This document shows positions 1-12,995 of a DNA stretch of 64,000 nt, in pieces. The DNA lies in NCBI RefSeq assembly GCF_006345805.1, contig NC_043012.1:21018001-21082000 (forward strand). Direction: 5' to 3'. Origin of the DNA: Octopus sinensis. Lineage: Eukaryota. The notes under the pieces were generated by a model. It had not been told where the DNA came from. It ran no database searches and saw nothing but the letters and a program-made list of their open reading frames with translations. How positions within the stretch are numbered: the stretch's first letter is position 1; each line of letters begins with the position of its first letter. The position numbers were made by a program, and so were the translations under genes.

Positions 1-4
1 TATA

Positions 5-1938
5 TCTCTTATTATAAAAGGCAGATTTTATCTGCCTCCTTTTGGGAGTTATACAAATCTACAATATAGCATTTCTTCAATTACAATTACCTAGCATTTT
101 TAAGAGTACAATGCATCGCGTCATGCCAGGTCCAGTTTTTAAAGTTTAAACTCCAATTAAGCAAAATTTACAGAAAACTCACATTCTGGTGTGTGTGTCA
201 AATGTTTTTCTTAATGTGGTTTACACCACACGCAAACGCACACACACACAAAGGGAGCGAATTGTTTCACTGACGCTATCACCCTTCTTCTCCTTTGTCT
301 TTGCAAGTTGGCAGCTATAAAGTGAAAACAGTGAATCCGACAGCGATTAAGAACACGAATTAGCACCTGAATGGAGTGAAAATTAAAAACTGTTTCTTTC
401 GGTGATTTTTCTGAAGAAACTGCACCAAGACACAGACTTTCCCAGAAGAGTAAAGCCTTACACTATTTCTATTTACTTTTTCGAATGAGCCCATTTAAAA
501 TCATTACGGCAGAAACGAAACGTTACGCTAAACGTAAACAAAACGAAAGAAACGATAGTTGTTATTTCCCACAACCTTAAATGAAATTAAGGCCTATTTT
601 GCCATAAATATTATATGGGTATCAGAAAGTTACCCAGAATAACAAATTCTATCGTAAAATTTTGTTGTATACCCAATTGAATATTAGCTAATAACCCATT
701 TTCTATAGCGATGTTTGAACAAAATTTTAATAATTTTACAGAAAGTTACCCAGAATAACAAATTCTATCGTAAAATTTGTTGTATACCCATTGAATATTA
801 GCTAATAACCCATTTTTATAAGCGATGTTGAACAAAATTTTAATAATTTTACAGAAAATTACCCAGAATAACAAATTCTATCGTAAAATTTTGTTGTATA
901 CCCAATTGAATATTAGCTAATAACCCATTTTCTATAGCGATGTTTGAACAAAATTTTAATAATTTTACAGAAAGTTACCCAGAATAACAATTCTATCGTA
1001 AAATTTTGTTGTATACCCAATTGATATTAGCTAATAACCCATTTTCTATAGCGATGTTTGAACAAAATTTTAATAATTTTACAGAAAGTTACCCAGAATA
1101 AAACAAATTCTATCGTAAAATTTTGTTGTATACCCAATTGAATATTAGCTAATAACCCATTTTCTATAGCGATGTTTGAACAAAATTTTAATAATTTTAT
1201 ATATTGTTGAATTTACCTGTATCTACCTGCAATTAGAGTCACTTTGTGACAAAATTATAGTATAGAATTGGTTGAGGACATTTCATTAAATTATCTTCAA
1301 AAATCACATTAATATATTGATAAATAAAAAAGTTATAGTTGTTTAATGAAACCAGACTAAATTTATGATTACGTTAGAAATTAATTGAAACACATAAGGG
1401 GTGTATTTTGGTCAGAATATAGTAACGAAAGGATTAAGAAAAACCCAAAAATATTTTATTCTTTATAAATGTATTCAAAAACATTTTCTTTTAAGAATGC
1501 GTATATAACAAAGTATGTGTATATAACTACGTGGCTTATATATTTATATATAAGAGTGAAGTTGTGTGTCTGTCTCCTACGATTTAGATTCCTAACTACT
1601 CCCACATTTTGCGGTGCAGTGTAACCAAAACCGGGTATCTTATAGTCGTGATTCATATCGAGCCCTTCTGGGTATTAGCGCGCGTCTACGATGAGTCTAC
1701 GATTTAAAAAAATTTACCATCATATTTTTCCATTTTAATGCATTTTTTTCGCTATTATATAAGGGAAGTAACTCTCTAAAAATATCTACGATGTGTCAAC
1801 GGTTTAAAAAGAAATTTACCTTAATTTCTTTTCCAATTTTTTATGCATTTTTTTCCTATTTTTTGGCTATAACTCTCTAAAAATGCTTATATAGTTATTT
1901 CCCTTACAAACCCGAGCAACGCCGGGCGATACTGCTAG
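5..1938 (+). mobile_element. Non-autonomous Helitron with internal tandem array
   Basis: Starts TC (TCTCTTATTATAAAAG) after an A at position 4. Ends CTAG (1935-1938) before a T. Subterminal hairpin CCCGAGCAACGCCGGG at 1911-1926. A|TC...CTAG|T insertion with no TSD. No Rep/helicase ORF. Confidence 0.85.
623..1199. repeat. Five tandem copies of a ~116-bp unit inside the Helitron
   Basis: CAGAAAGTTACCCAGAATAAC... recurs at 623, 739, 852, 968 and 1082. Copies differ mostly by single-base indels in homopolymers. Confidence 0.95.
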
Positions 1939-2173
1939 TGTATATATATATATGTATGTTTGTATGTATGTATGTGTGTATGTATGTATATATATATATA
2001 TGTGTGTGTGCATACATGAATATGTCTACACATACACACACACTCACACATACACACACACACACACACACTCACACATATATATATATATGAAAATATT
2101 TAATCCTGAAAATATTTATTTAACGCACGCACTCATTAATTTTATACATACATATATAAATGTGTGTGTGTGT

Positions 2174-2214
<41 letters not shown>

Positions 2215-3221
2215 TGTGTATGTGTTTGAGCGCGCGCATATCAGATAAAGGGAAGTCTACGCTTGGAGGGCTTCTCGTATTCCTCACCGATAGTAATGGA
2301 CATCGGGTGAAACATAAAGAACCAATAACATTCGCAAAATCGGAAAGTTATTCAAAATATCAACAACAGAAATCGTGATGACGACGATGACAAGGACGAA
2401 AATGAGGAGGACATGGACTAAAATGACAACGACGATGATGTGGATTGTGCTGGTGGTGGCGCTGACGACGGCAGTGACAACGGAAAGGAAATCTGCAAGA
2501 CGAACCAATGGAAAGCAGCTGAATGGCTTACTGCATCACATGCCGAGGCGAGTGACCTTCCCTAGGCTGTGTAGGAAATTTTCACTAAAATCTGATAAAT
2601 AGTTTGGAGGCATAAAAGTTGCGAAGCTATAAGACAAGACAACAATGCTCGTCGGTATTACAAAAGAAAGAAGAAATTTATCAAATTTATAAACACCAAT
2701 GACAAAGAGAGACACCAAAAGAAGAAGATGAAACATAACGGCAACCATATGCAAAATACAATGAAAGAACAAAGATAAGCATAAATGTGAGTTGGTTACA
2801 AATACGCATAATCAAAAGACAGGATGTAGAGAAAAGTTTAAAAGAAAAAGAAAGATAGAGTAAGTTATAAGTAAGAAACTCTGCCCATGGTTTGCTGTTA
2901 GGCATTCTGTGGAGAGTGAAGGAGAGAAAGACAAAACGAAAGAAAAAATCACTGAAAAATCGAAAACAAAGACAAAAGCAAAAATGACAGCCAACAAACA
3001 AAAGCAAAGTATTTTGTAGCCTGTAGTGTAAATAAGCAAATAAGTAAATAAGTAAATAACTTATAGAATACATCGTGACTTAGGCATTATTAGAACAAAC
3101 AGCGATGGTTATGTGTAGATATCTGAGCGTCTGTGTGTGTGGCAGTATATGGTTATTTGTGTAATAAGTTGTAGGTGGTTACAAGGAAAATGGTATACTT
3201 AATAACAGTACAACGGCTATG

Positions 3222-3323
<102 letters not shown>

Positions 3324-3759
3324 TGTGTGTGTGTAGTGTAAAGATATATCTAAAGATATCGCGAGATAATGATAATACATTGTAACTTAAAAGTATCATG
3401 TTCAGCGTATACCAAGCATTCATAAGATCGATCAATTCAATCAGGATATATGTTAATGACAAACTACTTAAGTTCGTCTGCTTGTTATCTGACAAGCCGA
3501 ATCAAGGTGTGTGTGTGTGTGAGTGTGTGTGTTTGTCTATCTGTCTGTCAGTGTGCGTGCATCTGTGTGCGTGTGTATGCGTGCATATGCGTCTGTGCAT
3601 GCGCGTGTGTACTTCTGCTGTCTATGTAAGTGTGTATATGTAGATGCATAGATACATAATGCATTTACGCATGATATGCATGCATACATACATGCATGCA
3701 TACATACATACATGCATGCATACTTCCAAACTTTGATAGTTAGGTGTACGCATCTATGG

Positions 3760-4373
3760 TTCAATGGAATAATGTCATTTCTCCTGCTGTATCATCATCC
3801 GCCTTTTTTTCCCCACTTCGGGCCGACTTTACTTCTGCCGACCGCCGGAAGCCCCTGCCGTGAAGCATCGATTTGGTTTTGTAATAATTTGGGTTGTCGT
3901 AACCAGGAATTCTTTTGGTCCTTTAGCTATTCCATGGCAAAGTAAAAGTCGAGGATTATTTGAATATTTTGGTCCGTTCTACATTGATCCCTTATGGTGG
4001 AGCAATCTTCCATGAAGATGCCGCTCTGTACCACATTGCGAAGGTTATTCAAAGTTGGTATAAAGAGAAAAAGAGTGAAGTTGACCACTTAGATTGGCCT
4101 CCACGCTAACAGGATTTCTTTATAATCGAACATTTATGGTGCATTTTGCAGCAGCAAGGGAGGTGCCCCTACTGTCGCCAGCCAGAATAAAAGAACTAAC
4201 GCAGATTTTATTTGAAGAATGGCTCGATATTCCCTTAAACCCGTTTAGGAACGTTACGGGTCAATTCCTTGAAGAATCTAAGCTGTGAATTATAGCAAAG
4301 GTGGACCAACGCCGTATCAAATAGTAAAATACTAATTTTAAGAAAGTGTTTTATATTATGTTGTCCGACCCTT
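3760..4373 (+). mobile_element. Decayed Tc1-like transposase C-terminal half (DD36E spacing) with right TIR remnant
   Basis: With frameshifts it reads WNNVIS...PAVKHRFGFVIIW...GAIFHEDAALYHIAKVIQSWYKEKKSEVDHLDWPPR*QDFFIIEHLW...AKVDQRR/KGGPTPY; 36 residues lie between D and E. TIR-like end GTGTTTTATATTATGTTGTCCGACCCT-TA. Confidence 0.8.
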
Positions 4374-4416
4374 ATATATATTAAAGCATACTAAGTAATA
4401 CACAACGCAACATATA

Positions 4417-5299
4417 CAGGGTGCGATGGGTAAATTGTCGTGATTTTATATTTTTACTTTCCCACTTGCGCATTGTTTACGTTTGATTTTGTCAACCACA
4501 CAGTATGGCAGGGTCAGTTGGGCACCGCCCGTCAGAAAAACAGTACCATGATGCCATTCATTCTGGCAGAAATTTAGAAACGACATTCTGTACTGCTGGG
4601 CATTCGCGCCGGAAGCTCCAATACGAACAGATGGTGAGCAGACAGCACAACCGTTGGCCTACCGTGTCCCCAAAACCTGTACCGATTGTGATAGAAATCA
4701 AACATCCAGTCTACATCATGGTGTTAGGAGTAATCACTAATGATGGCAAGGTTATACCTCCTTTCATCTTCCCACACGGTCTCATACTCCACAAGGATGC
4801 CTGCATTAAGCGCCTGGATAAGTTAGTGCTGCCCTGAGCCAAGTGTGTGGCTGCTGGAGGAGCCTGTGTCTGGCAACAGAGCTCTGCACCATGCTACACA
4901 AGCAGGAGAACCCAGTCATGGCTGTCCGACAATTTCTGTGACCAATCAACCCTAACATCTGGCCACCTAACTCCCCAGACTGCAGCCCCCTTGATTATTA
5001 TGTGTGGAGCACAGTTGAGCGGGAGTCCAACAAAACTCCTTGTAACACCAAAGATGAACTGAAGGCAAAGATTATGGCAGCATTCACCAACTTAAACAAG
5101 GAGACTGCCCCGAAGAGCTGCAGGAAATTCCGATGTCGTCTAGAGGCCATGGTTGAAGCAAATGGCGATATATTTAAATAAATTTACTCTTTAGTATATC
5201 AAAATATTTTTATGTAATTTTGGTAAATATGTCTGTTAAAACGAGAGGGTTATTTTCATTTTTGCGTAATCTAGACGACAATATATTCAACATACCATG
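4417..5299 (+). mobile_element. Internally deleted, decayed maT/DD37D mariner-like transposon
   Basis: TA|CAGGGTGCGATGGGTAAATTGTCG left end with a degenerate inverted copy CGACAATATATTCAACATACCATG at 5276-5299. Protein: VYIMVLGVITNDGKVIPPFIFPHGL...WQQSSAPCYTSRRTQSWL...WPPNSPDCSPLDYYVWS...CRKFRCRLEAMVEANG. One stop, one frameshift, and the second catalytic D is replaced by S. Confidence 0.85.
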
Positions 5300-5309
5300 C
5301 ATATTCTTT

Positions 5310-5465
5310 TCTACTCTAGGCACGATGCCCGGAATTTTGGGGGAAAGGACCAGTCGATTAGATCGACCGCAGTACGCAACTGGTACTTAATTTATCAACA
5401 CCGAAATGATGAAAGGCAACGTCGACCTCGGTGGAATTTGAATTCAGAACGTAACGGAGACGAAA
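5310..5465 (-). mobile_element. tRNA-derived SINE, family A (partial)
   Basis: Reverse complement of the family core GTTCTGAATTCAAATTCCACCGAGGTCGACG...GATAAATTAAGTACCAG...GGTCGAT; shared with more than 10 other copies in the window. Confidence 0.8.
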
Positions 5466-5469
5466 TACC

Positions 5470-5698
5470 TATTTCTTTACTACCCACAAGGGGCGAAACA
5501 CAGAGAGGACAAACAAAGACAGACAAACGGATTAAGTCGATTACACCGCCCCCAGTGCGTAACTGGTACCTAATTTATCGACTTCGAAAGGATGAAAGGC
5601 AAAGTCGACCTCGGCAGAATTTGAACTCAGAACGTAACGGCAGACGAAATACGGCTAAGCATTTCGCCTGGTGTGCTAACGTGTCTGCCAGCTCACCG
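5470..5698 (-). mobile_element. tRNA-derived SINE, family A (near full length)
   Basis: On the minus strand: head GGTGAGCTGGCAGACACGTTAGCAC, B-box-like GAGTTCAAATTC, core GAGGTCGACTTTGCC, 3-prime tail ending GGGTAGTAAAGAAAT. Confidence 0.85.
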
Positions 5699-6155
5699 AC
5701 TTCCACACCTTGCATATTATTTAATGAAGGCTAGATAATTATCGCATAAATGACATAATTAAAAAAAAAACTAATCAGGGCTGCATAGTACTTTGCATTA
5801 TAATCATCTCAGAAATTTTTAAGGGGAATTCTCAACTAAATGTATTCCAAACTATACCCTAAATGGTTGTTGAAAATTGCAGAAACATCTACAAAACAGA
5901 GGTATTTATAAACTTAATATACCAAATATGATTAGATTCTTGCCTCTCTGCATCAGAAAACTGAATCGTATGTGACATTTCAATACAACTGCCCTCTCCC
6001 CCACAAAACACACAAAAAGCATAGGATATATATTTGTATGTATTTGGAAATGTTTAATACATCGTTTTAAATAAACGTAAAAATGTTACTTCGTAGGAAA
6101 AGGTAAAGGAAGTGGTTTCACTAGAGGTTATATCACCCCGTGGGTTATATGTGTA

Positions 6156-6227
6156 AATTTAATTGACTCTATACCCAGAAGACTTAATGCAGTCATTGAA
6201 AGCAAGGGCGAACTCACCAAATACTGA
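6156..6227 (+). mobile_element. Tc1 transposase C-terminal fragment
   Basis: NLIDSIPRRLNAVIESKGELTKY* matches the typical Tc1 terminus (L..SMPRR..AVI..KG..TKY). Confidence 0.7.
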
Positions 6228-6309
6228 ATATAGCAGATAATCCTTTAAGGTGTGCGTATTTTTGTATCGTTTGAAAATTAATGTTTATTGTTTTGTGTTC
6301 CAAATTTGT

Positions 6310-6712
6310 ATAAGGTTTGCCGCCAGAAAATAAACAAATCTCTTCTATTTCTCAGTGGAATTACGCCAGAGAAACTCATACAGATATGAAACAAACTGTT
6401 CGTCCAATGTAACAAACTGTCGTCTCAGCTTCCGTTTCACCCGCATCCACTTAATTTCCAAATTTTGTGTGTGGACATCTTGATCATAAGGATCAACAAA
6501 ATGTTATTGGTGTATAATCACCTCGTGATTGAGGATACCAGTGTTATTATATGCTCGCCATCCGTCGCTGATTATGTGAGACCCAGGCAAAATCCACCTT
6601 TGTATCAATTTAGTTAATGTTTCTTTTGAGCGGTCAGGTACTTCGACCAAAAAACACTTTATTGAGACTCTCTCTATGCCACTGAATAACCAATGACCCT
6701 TTGCTTTTTTTT
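6310..6712 (-). mobile_element. Merlin (ISXO2/IS1595-like) DDE transposase pseudogene fragment
   Basis: Minus strand reads KGHWLFSGIERVSIKCFLVEVPDRSKETLTKLIQRWILPGSHIISDGWRAYNNTGILNHEVIIHQ*HFVDPYDQDVHTQNLEIKWMRVKRKLRRQF...SYLYEFLWR. This carries the hallmark W.FG.IER, ISDGWRAY, HFVDP, HTQ.IE..W and YL.EFLWR motifs. Confidence 0.9.
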
Positions 6713-7027
6713 ACTACTTATCTCCCCCTTAATTTTTATTTACTTTTTTTTATATAACTAAACTGAACAATTACCCTATTTATTAGAGGTATAGATGCAG
6801 TGTGTATAAACTCAAGTTTTCGAAGCATATTTCCTTCTAACTGGTTTTGGACGACGTGTTCACCTGCAACTGTCGGCCAACGTCTATTATTTTTGCATCT
6901 TTCTTTATTTTTAGATATTTCGTTTCTCTCCCGACCATCTGTATCATGCCCGTTATAATATTTTCATGCGGCAGAAATTTTAAAGGAAATGTTCCAAATT
7001 TTGCAAATGCATGCGTATGTATGTATG

Positions 7028-7061
<34 letters not shown>

Positions 7062-7063
7062 TG

Positions 7064-7097
<34 letters not shown>

Positions 7098-7466
7098 TGT
7101 ATGTATGAGTGTGTGTGTATGTATGTATGTATGTATGTATGTATGTATGTATGTATGTATGTATGTATGTATGAGTGTGTGCGTGTGTGTGTGTGTGTTC
7201 GACGTGGCTTTTTATGTGTTTCTGTCAAAGGCGATGCTATGCATTTTAACAAGTGGATCAACAGATGTTTGATTGATGACGCATCTACTATGGTGCCATA
7301 TTAAAGTTTGGTCGCTAGATGTCACTGCTTATAGCAAAATACGTACATGTAAAACATACACACACACACACGCATGCGTGCGATGCACCCTTACACACAT
7401 AAGCGGAACATACACACACGTACAATGGCAATTTATGTTTGTTATATAAACCCTGTGTATATATAT

Positions 7467-7512
<46 letters not shown>

Positions 7513-7937
7513 ATAATATATATATCATATATATCATATATAGAGGCAAGCAGATTGGCAGAAAGTCAGATTGATAGACAGATAGATAGAAAGAGAGAAA
7601 GATAGATAGGTATACACCCATACACTTTGTAATCACACATATTATCGTGTGTGTATGTATTTATATATTGATAGATACATACTTACATACATGTATACAT
7701 ACATACATATAGATATATGCACACAAATACACATTCACACACACGCATATATACGTATACTAGATTATATTTCTAGGTTTGTTCTGAAGTCGGTTCATTC
7801 ATGTGATCTTTGGCGTGTTACCTCATTCTCCTAAGGCACCCATCTAAATATATTAAAACATGTATATACTTAAACGCATAAAAGTCCCTTTTCCAAACAA
7901 GTTCCCCATCATATACACATTCACGTATATATATATA

Positions 7938-8016
<79 letters not shown>

Positions 8017-8030
8017 CAATATATATATAT

Positions 8031-8073
<43 letters not shown>

Positions 8074-8480
8074 TATATAATATATATTATATATATATAT
8101 ATATTATATATATATATTGTGTGTGTGGTTACATATTACATATATACATTCATGCATATATACCTACATATTTAAACATGCTGCATACATATGCAAGCAA
8201 ACACCATATTGGGTATCTGCATGCGTTTATATAATTCTGCATTGTTTGTGTTTCCATATTTTTTTTCCTATATATATATTGATGTTGTCGCATTCGTATA
8301 CAAACATTAAACGATAAACACACTTCTATATCTACATTCATTCTATAGCTTATTCATGTGTTAATGTATATTTACATACGTTCATTTCTATGCCTTCGCT
8401 AACATTATTTATCAGGCGTCTTTCGCACTGTCTCTCCATTTCACTTTTCTCTCTTACTCCACGTACTTTGACTTCGCCTA

Positions 8481-8527
<47 letters not shown>

Positions 8528-9793
8528 CTCTCTCTCTCTCTCTCTCTCCTCGTTTTTCTCTTTCTCTCTCCATCTCTGATTCTCTCAATTCACAATATCC
8601 CGCAAGCCCATTGCTCTATACGTATTGAAAGCACACAATGACGTAGGTTGCACATTGGAGCGAATCCCTCAAAATACTTATCACACCCACCATTCCACTG
8701 ACACTGCGATATACATACACACATGCATACATACACACACACGTACATACATACACACACACATACATACATGCATACACACACACACACACATACATAC
8801 ATACATACATACATACATACATACATACATACATACATACATACATTTATTTACGTACACTTGACTATATATATATATATATATATACATATAACACTGC
8901 ACGCCGCCGCCCTGCTATCCGTACCTCATCACTTCTGTACTGTAACCATTGGCTGTCACAGCAACAAAGGCGCCTTACAATCCCTTGTTATCCCTCTCAT
9001 TCTCCCCTCGTGCAATACACATATTTTTTTGTTTTCCTTCGATATCCTCGTATGTACATACAAACGTATGTACGTACATAAGGTGTGAGTATGTGTGCGT
9101 GTGTATGTGTGTGTGTGTGTGGTTGTGTGTGAGCGAAAGTGTGTGTGAAAGAGAAAAGAGAGAAAGAGTGTGTGTATATATATATATCTATATATATATA
9201 AATATTTATATTTATAAGTGGGATGAAATAAAAGAATATGAAATATTAAATATAAAAATAAATACATTTACCAGAAAACCCACAATATTAAAATAAGTTA
9301 TAGCATTTTATCTTCATACTTCACTTGAGTTTGCCAATGAATTGTGAAGTCCCTTTATTTTCGCATGGGGAAAATACATACATTTCTCCCACCGTTTTCT
9401 TTTTTCTTCTTTTTTTGATTTTTTTTTCTTTTTTTTTTGACATCGCCTCCGCGAAAATAATAATAATAATAATAATAATGAAAATTCAGATGAGATTGTG
9501 ACATATTGATTTTTATTGACAAGGTACAAAATCTTTAATGTATTATAGAAGAAAAATAGGTTTCAATGATATTTATCCAGTTTACAAATATTATTATAAG
9601 GTATATCATAATAGCTTCGGCGTAACTTCTGCTACAATATAGTACCACTGGTTGCTATCTTATTTTCGTTGAACCTCTTTGCTTAACCCATCAAGGCAAT
9701 CACTCAATGGTGTCTCAAGATATTAGATACAGACACCAAACTTTCCATTGAAATAAATAATTTCCCGATGGTTCTCCGTCGGTATCGACGTTT

Positions 9794-10460
9794 CTATCTA
9801 TCTATCCGCCCAATCGAAGTCGACTCTCGGTTACTCGATGGATCAGTGTCCTCCAGTCAGTTCTATCCTGGGCCGCTTCTTTCAGATTGGCTATGTCCAT
9901 TTCGGTATCACTCTTGATGGTGTCAAGCCAGCGGGTTCTTGGTCGGCCTCTTCCTCTCTTGCCTCTGACCATTCTGAGCATGATGTCCTTCTCCAGGGAT
10001 TTTCTCCGCATAATATGGCCAAAATATGCTAATCTATGCTTGGTGATCCTAGCTTCTAGCGAAGTCGACTCTCGGTTACTCGATGGATCAGTGTCCTCCA
10101 GTCAGTTCTATCCTGGGCCGCTTCTTTCAGATTGGCTATGTCCATTCCGGTATCACTCTTGATGGTGTCAAGCCAGCGGGTTCTTGGTCGGCCTCTTCCT
10201 CTCTTGCCACTGACCATTCTGAGCATGATGTCCTTCTCCAGGGATTTTCTCCGCATAATATGGCCAAAATATGCCAATCTATGCTTGGTGATCCTAGCTT
10301 CTAGCGAAATTTTCAGCCTGATCTGCTTAAGAACTTCTCCATTGGTGAGCCTCGCTGTCCATGGAATCCGTAAAAGCCTTCTCCAACACCAAAGCTCGAA
10401 TGCATTAATTCTCTTCTGGTCAGCTTTCTTTAGTGTCTTTCTTTTCTGGTCAGCTTTCTT
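9794..10460 (-). mobile_element. 5-prime-truncated RTE-clade LINE insertion with TSD and internal tandem duplication
   Basis: Encodes INAFELWCWRRLLRIPWTAR...YFGHIMRR...GKRGRGRPRTRWLD...DWRTLIHRVTESRLRLGG*, followed by a (GATA)n tail. Flanked by a 9-bp TSD TCGACGTTT at 9785-9793 and 10461-10469. Confidence 0.92.
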
Positions 10461-11438
10461 TCGACGTTTAGAATTCAATATTTTCGATCAAGGAATTGCC
10501 CTCACATTGATTTGGCGTGCGAGTGGTGGAGTATCCCTTAACATAATTCTAAAGAAAAATCAGTGAATCAGAGAGTGTAACAATGCTGTACAATTTGAAT
10601 TTCAACTGCAATACCTTAGATATGCTTGCATATAATTTCAGTTCACACTGTTACACTCAGATTTTGAGTGATATAATAAAACCTCACTCGTTGATTATAT
10701 CATCAAATATAAGGAAACTAGAAATACTCAAATAACATAATAGGTTCCCGTTGTTGGATCGGAAATAAAAGCATACGAAAGAAAACATGTAAAAATTATT
10801 GCAATTACGGCTCGGAAAAACATTTCACTAAAGTATAAGTCAGTTTTCTTAATATAAAAGCAGCAATGATACATAATAGAATGACATCAATTTTCCAGAA
10901 CATTTGGTTCTAAAGTCATTCCGAATGACTGACTCTTCTGAACCAGGGGTGATCATCACTGTCGAAGTAATCTAAATTAAACCAATATTTAATTTACTTC
11001 GATAATTAAATGAAATACAGATTACCTGTACGTCAGTATAAGCAATACAAGTCTATTAATACTGTATTGCACAAGGTAGCAGGGAAATAGTCAGGTGGCC
11101 ACTGGAATTTGTAGTTCCTGCTTGTAAATTAGTACGGATCAGGAGGGTCGATGCTGTACATGCACATGAAATTAATTATGCAAATAATATTTTAAGTCTT
11201 TCATTAATTCGTATTATAGCGCTTGAATACAATGGCAACCTAATGTATGTGATCACATTACACGTATGTGAAACAAAATCATATTTTATTCAATATCTAC
11301 AATAATGAAAAAAAGTAATCGAATACTGAAATGTTCTTGTGTCCTTGTGTATAATTGACTTTTCATATAACTGCTTTCCTCTGTATTTGTGGGTGTGTCT
11401 GTTTGCTTGTTTGTGTCTGTGTGTCTATGTGTGTGTGC

Positions 11439-11472
<34 letters not shown>

Positions 11473-11574
11473 ATATTTGTGTGTGTGTGCATATTTGTGT
11501 GTGTGTGCATATTTGTGTGTGTCTTTTGAATTCGTTGTAACAGCAATGTTGTCTCTCAAGCTATTTTATGACAC

Positions 11575-11722
11575 TAAGAAGCACATTTCGCTTCACAAAT
11601 GCATTGGCCCCAGGTTTAATCCAACTGCTCGGCTTCCCAGCTAATTACTTTCTGTTATATCTCAGCCGTACACAATTCTCTGTGAATGGAAATTCGGTTG
11701 ACGGAAACTGGGAAGACCTGTT
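11575..11722 (+). mobile_element. tRNA-derived SINE, family B (decayed head)
   Basis: B-box-like CCAGGTTTAATCC and the GTGAATGGAAATTCGGTTGACGGAAACTGG segment shared with 13690-13850. Confidence 0.55.
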
Positions 11723-11739
11723 ATTTGCATACACACGCA

Positions 11740-12272
11740 CACATACACACACATACACTGGCACATGTACCTACACACATGCATACATACGTACATACAT
11801 ACATACATACATACATACATACATGCATACATACTCACACACACATACATACATACATACATGCATACATACACACATACACACATACATACATACATAC
11901 ATACATACATACATACATACATACATACATGCATACATACATACATGCATACATACATACATACATACATTCATACATATATACATACATATATACATAC
12001 ATACACACATACATACATGCATACATACATACATATATACATACATACATACATACATACACACACACATACATACATACATACATACATGCATACATAC
12101 ATACATACATGCGTGCATACATACATACATACATACATACATACACACATACATACATATATACACAAATACATACATACATACATACATACATACATAC
12201 ATACATACATACATACATACATACATACATACATAACATACATACATACATACATACACACATACATACATG
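11740..12272. repeat. (CATA)n/(CA)n compound microsatellite
   Basis: About 530 bp of CATA repeats; source of several spurious ORFs. Confidence 0.95.
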
Positions 12273-12914
12273 AATGCATACTTAAAGAACAGTATTGAAA
12301 CTTGATTGAAGCATCGCGATAAAGAAATACATTAACAAAATAGTGAAGACAGACAGCTTCTTGAAATACAAAACAGAAAAACAATTCATAACCTTTATAT
12401 ATTTCAAACACAAATGTCCATCATCAGAAATAAAGAATCGAGAAATGTTAGTCTTCACTACCAGCCATGTTGGATATTGTATACTTCTTATGATGAGCAT
12501 TGTGTCTTCTCTGCTTCCACAATTTTCCTATTATACACATAAGTGCGTATGAAAAAACATGCGTAAGTAAAAAGTAAACAAACATCAAAAATTTAGTGTT
12601 GCTCTCGTTTCTTTTTCTCTTTGTTCTTTTGATGTTTTTACTTTTCTCTCCAAAATGTATAACTCGGAGTATGACATCCTCTCCTGCAACTCTCCATTTG
12701 TATATTTGTTTTCATTGTAGACACATTGGTTGTTATCAGTTCCTTCATTTTTGTATCAGTTTTCCAACATGTTTCTTACATGTTTATTCAATCCATGTTT
12801 CTTATATGTTTCTTAAATGTTTCTTACATGTTTAATCTACCTTGTTATACGTCTGTATGTTTACATGCACTGTACACGTGTAAGTTCGTATATATGTATG
12901 TGTTGGTGGGATTT

Positions 12915-12995
12915 GAACTCAAGACCATAGGTACGGGAGGAAATGCCGCTAAGCAATTCGTCCGACGTGCTAACGATTCTGCCAGCTCGCCACCT
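12915..12995 (-). mobile_element. SINE family A head fragment
   Basis: CTAAGCAATTCGTCCGACGTGCTAACGATTCTGCCAGCTCGCCACC is the reverse complement of the family A head. Confidence 0.7.

Noticed and set aside
623-1199. 116-bp array (and the 21-bp array at 17890) as CRISPR
   Set aside because: Units are contiguous with no unique spacers, there are no cas genes, and the context is eukaryotic.
10660-10706. Short hairpin TTTGAGTGATATAAT...ATTATATCATCAAA as a pre-miRNA
   Set aside because: About 46 nt and very AU-rich, too short for a canonical precursor; no expression evidence available.
12385-12430. Minus-strand CTGATGA...GAAAT as a hammerhead
   Set aside because: Stem II is mostly G.U pairs and stem I only 3 weak pairs; consistent with chance in AT-rich DNA.
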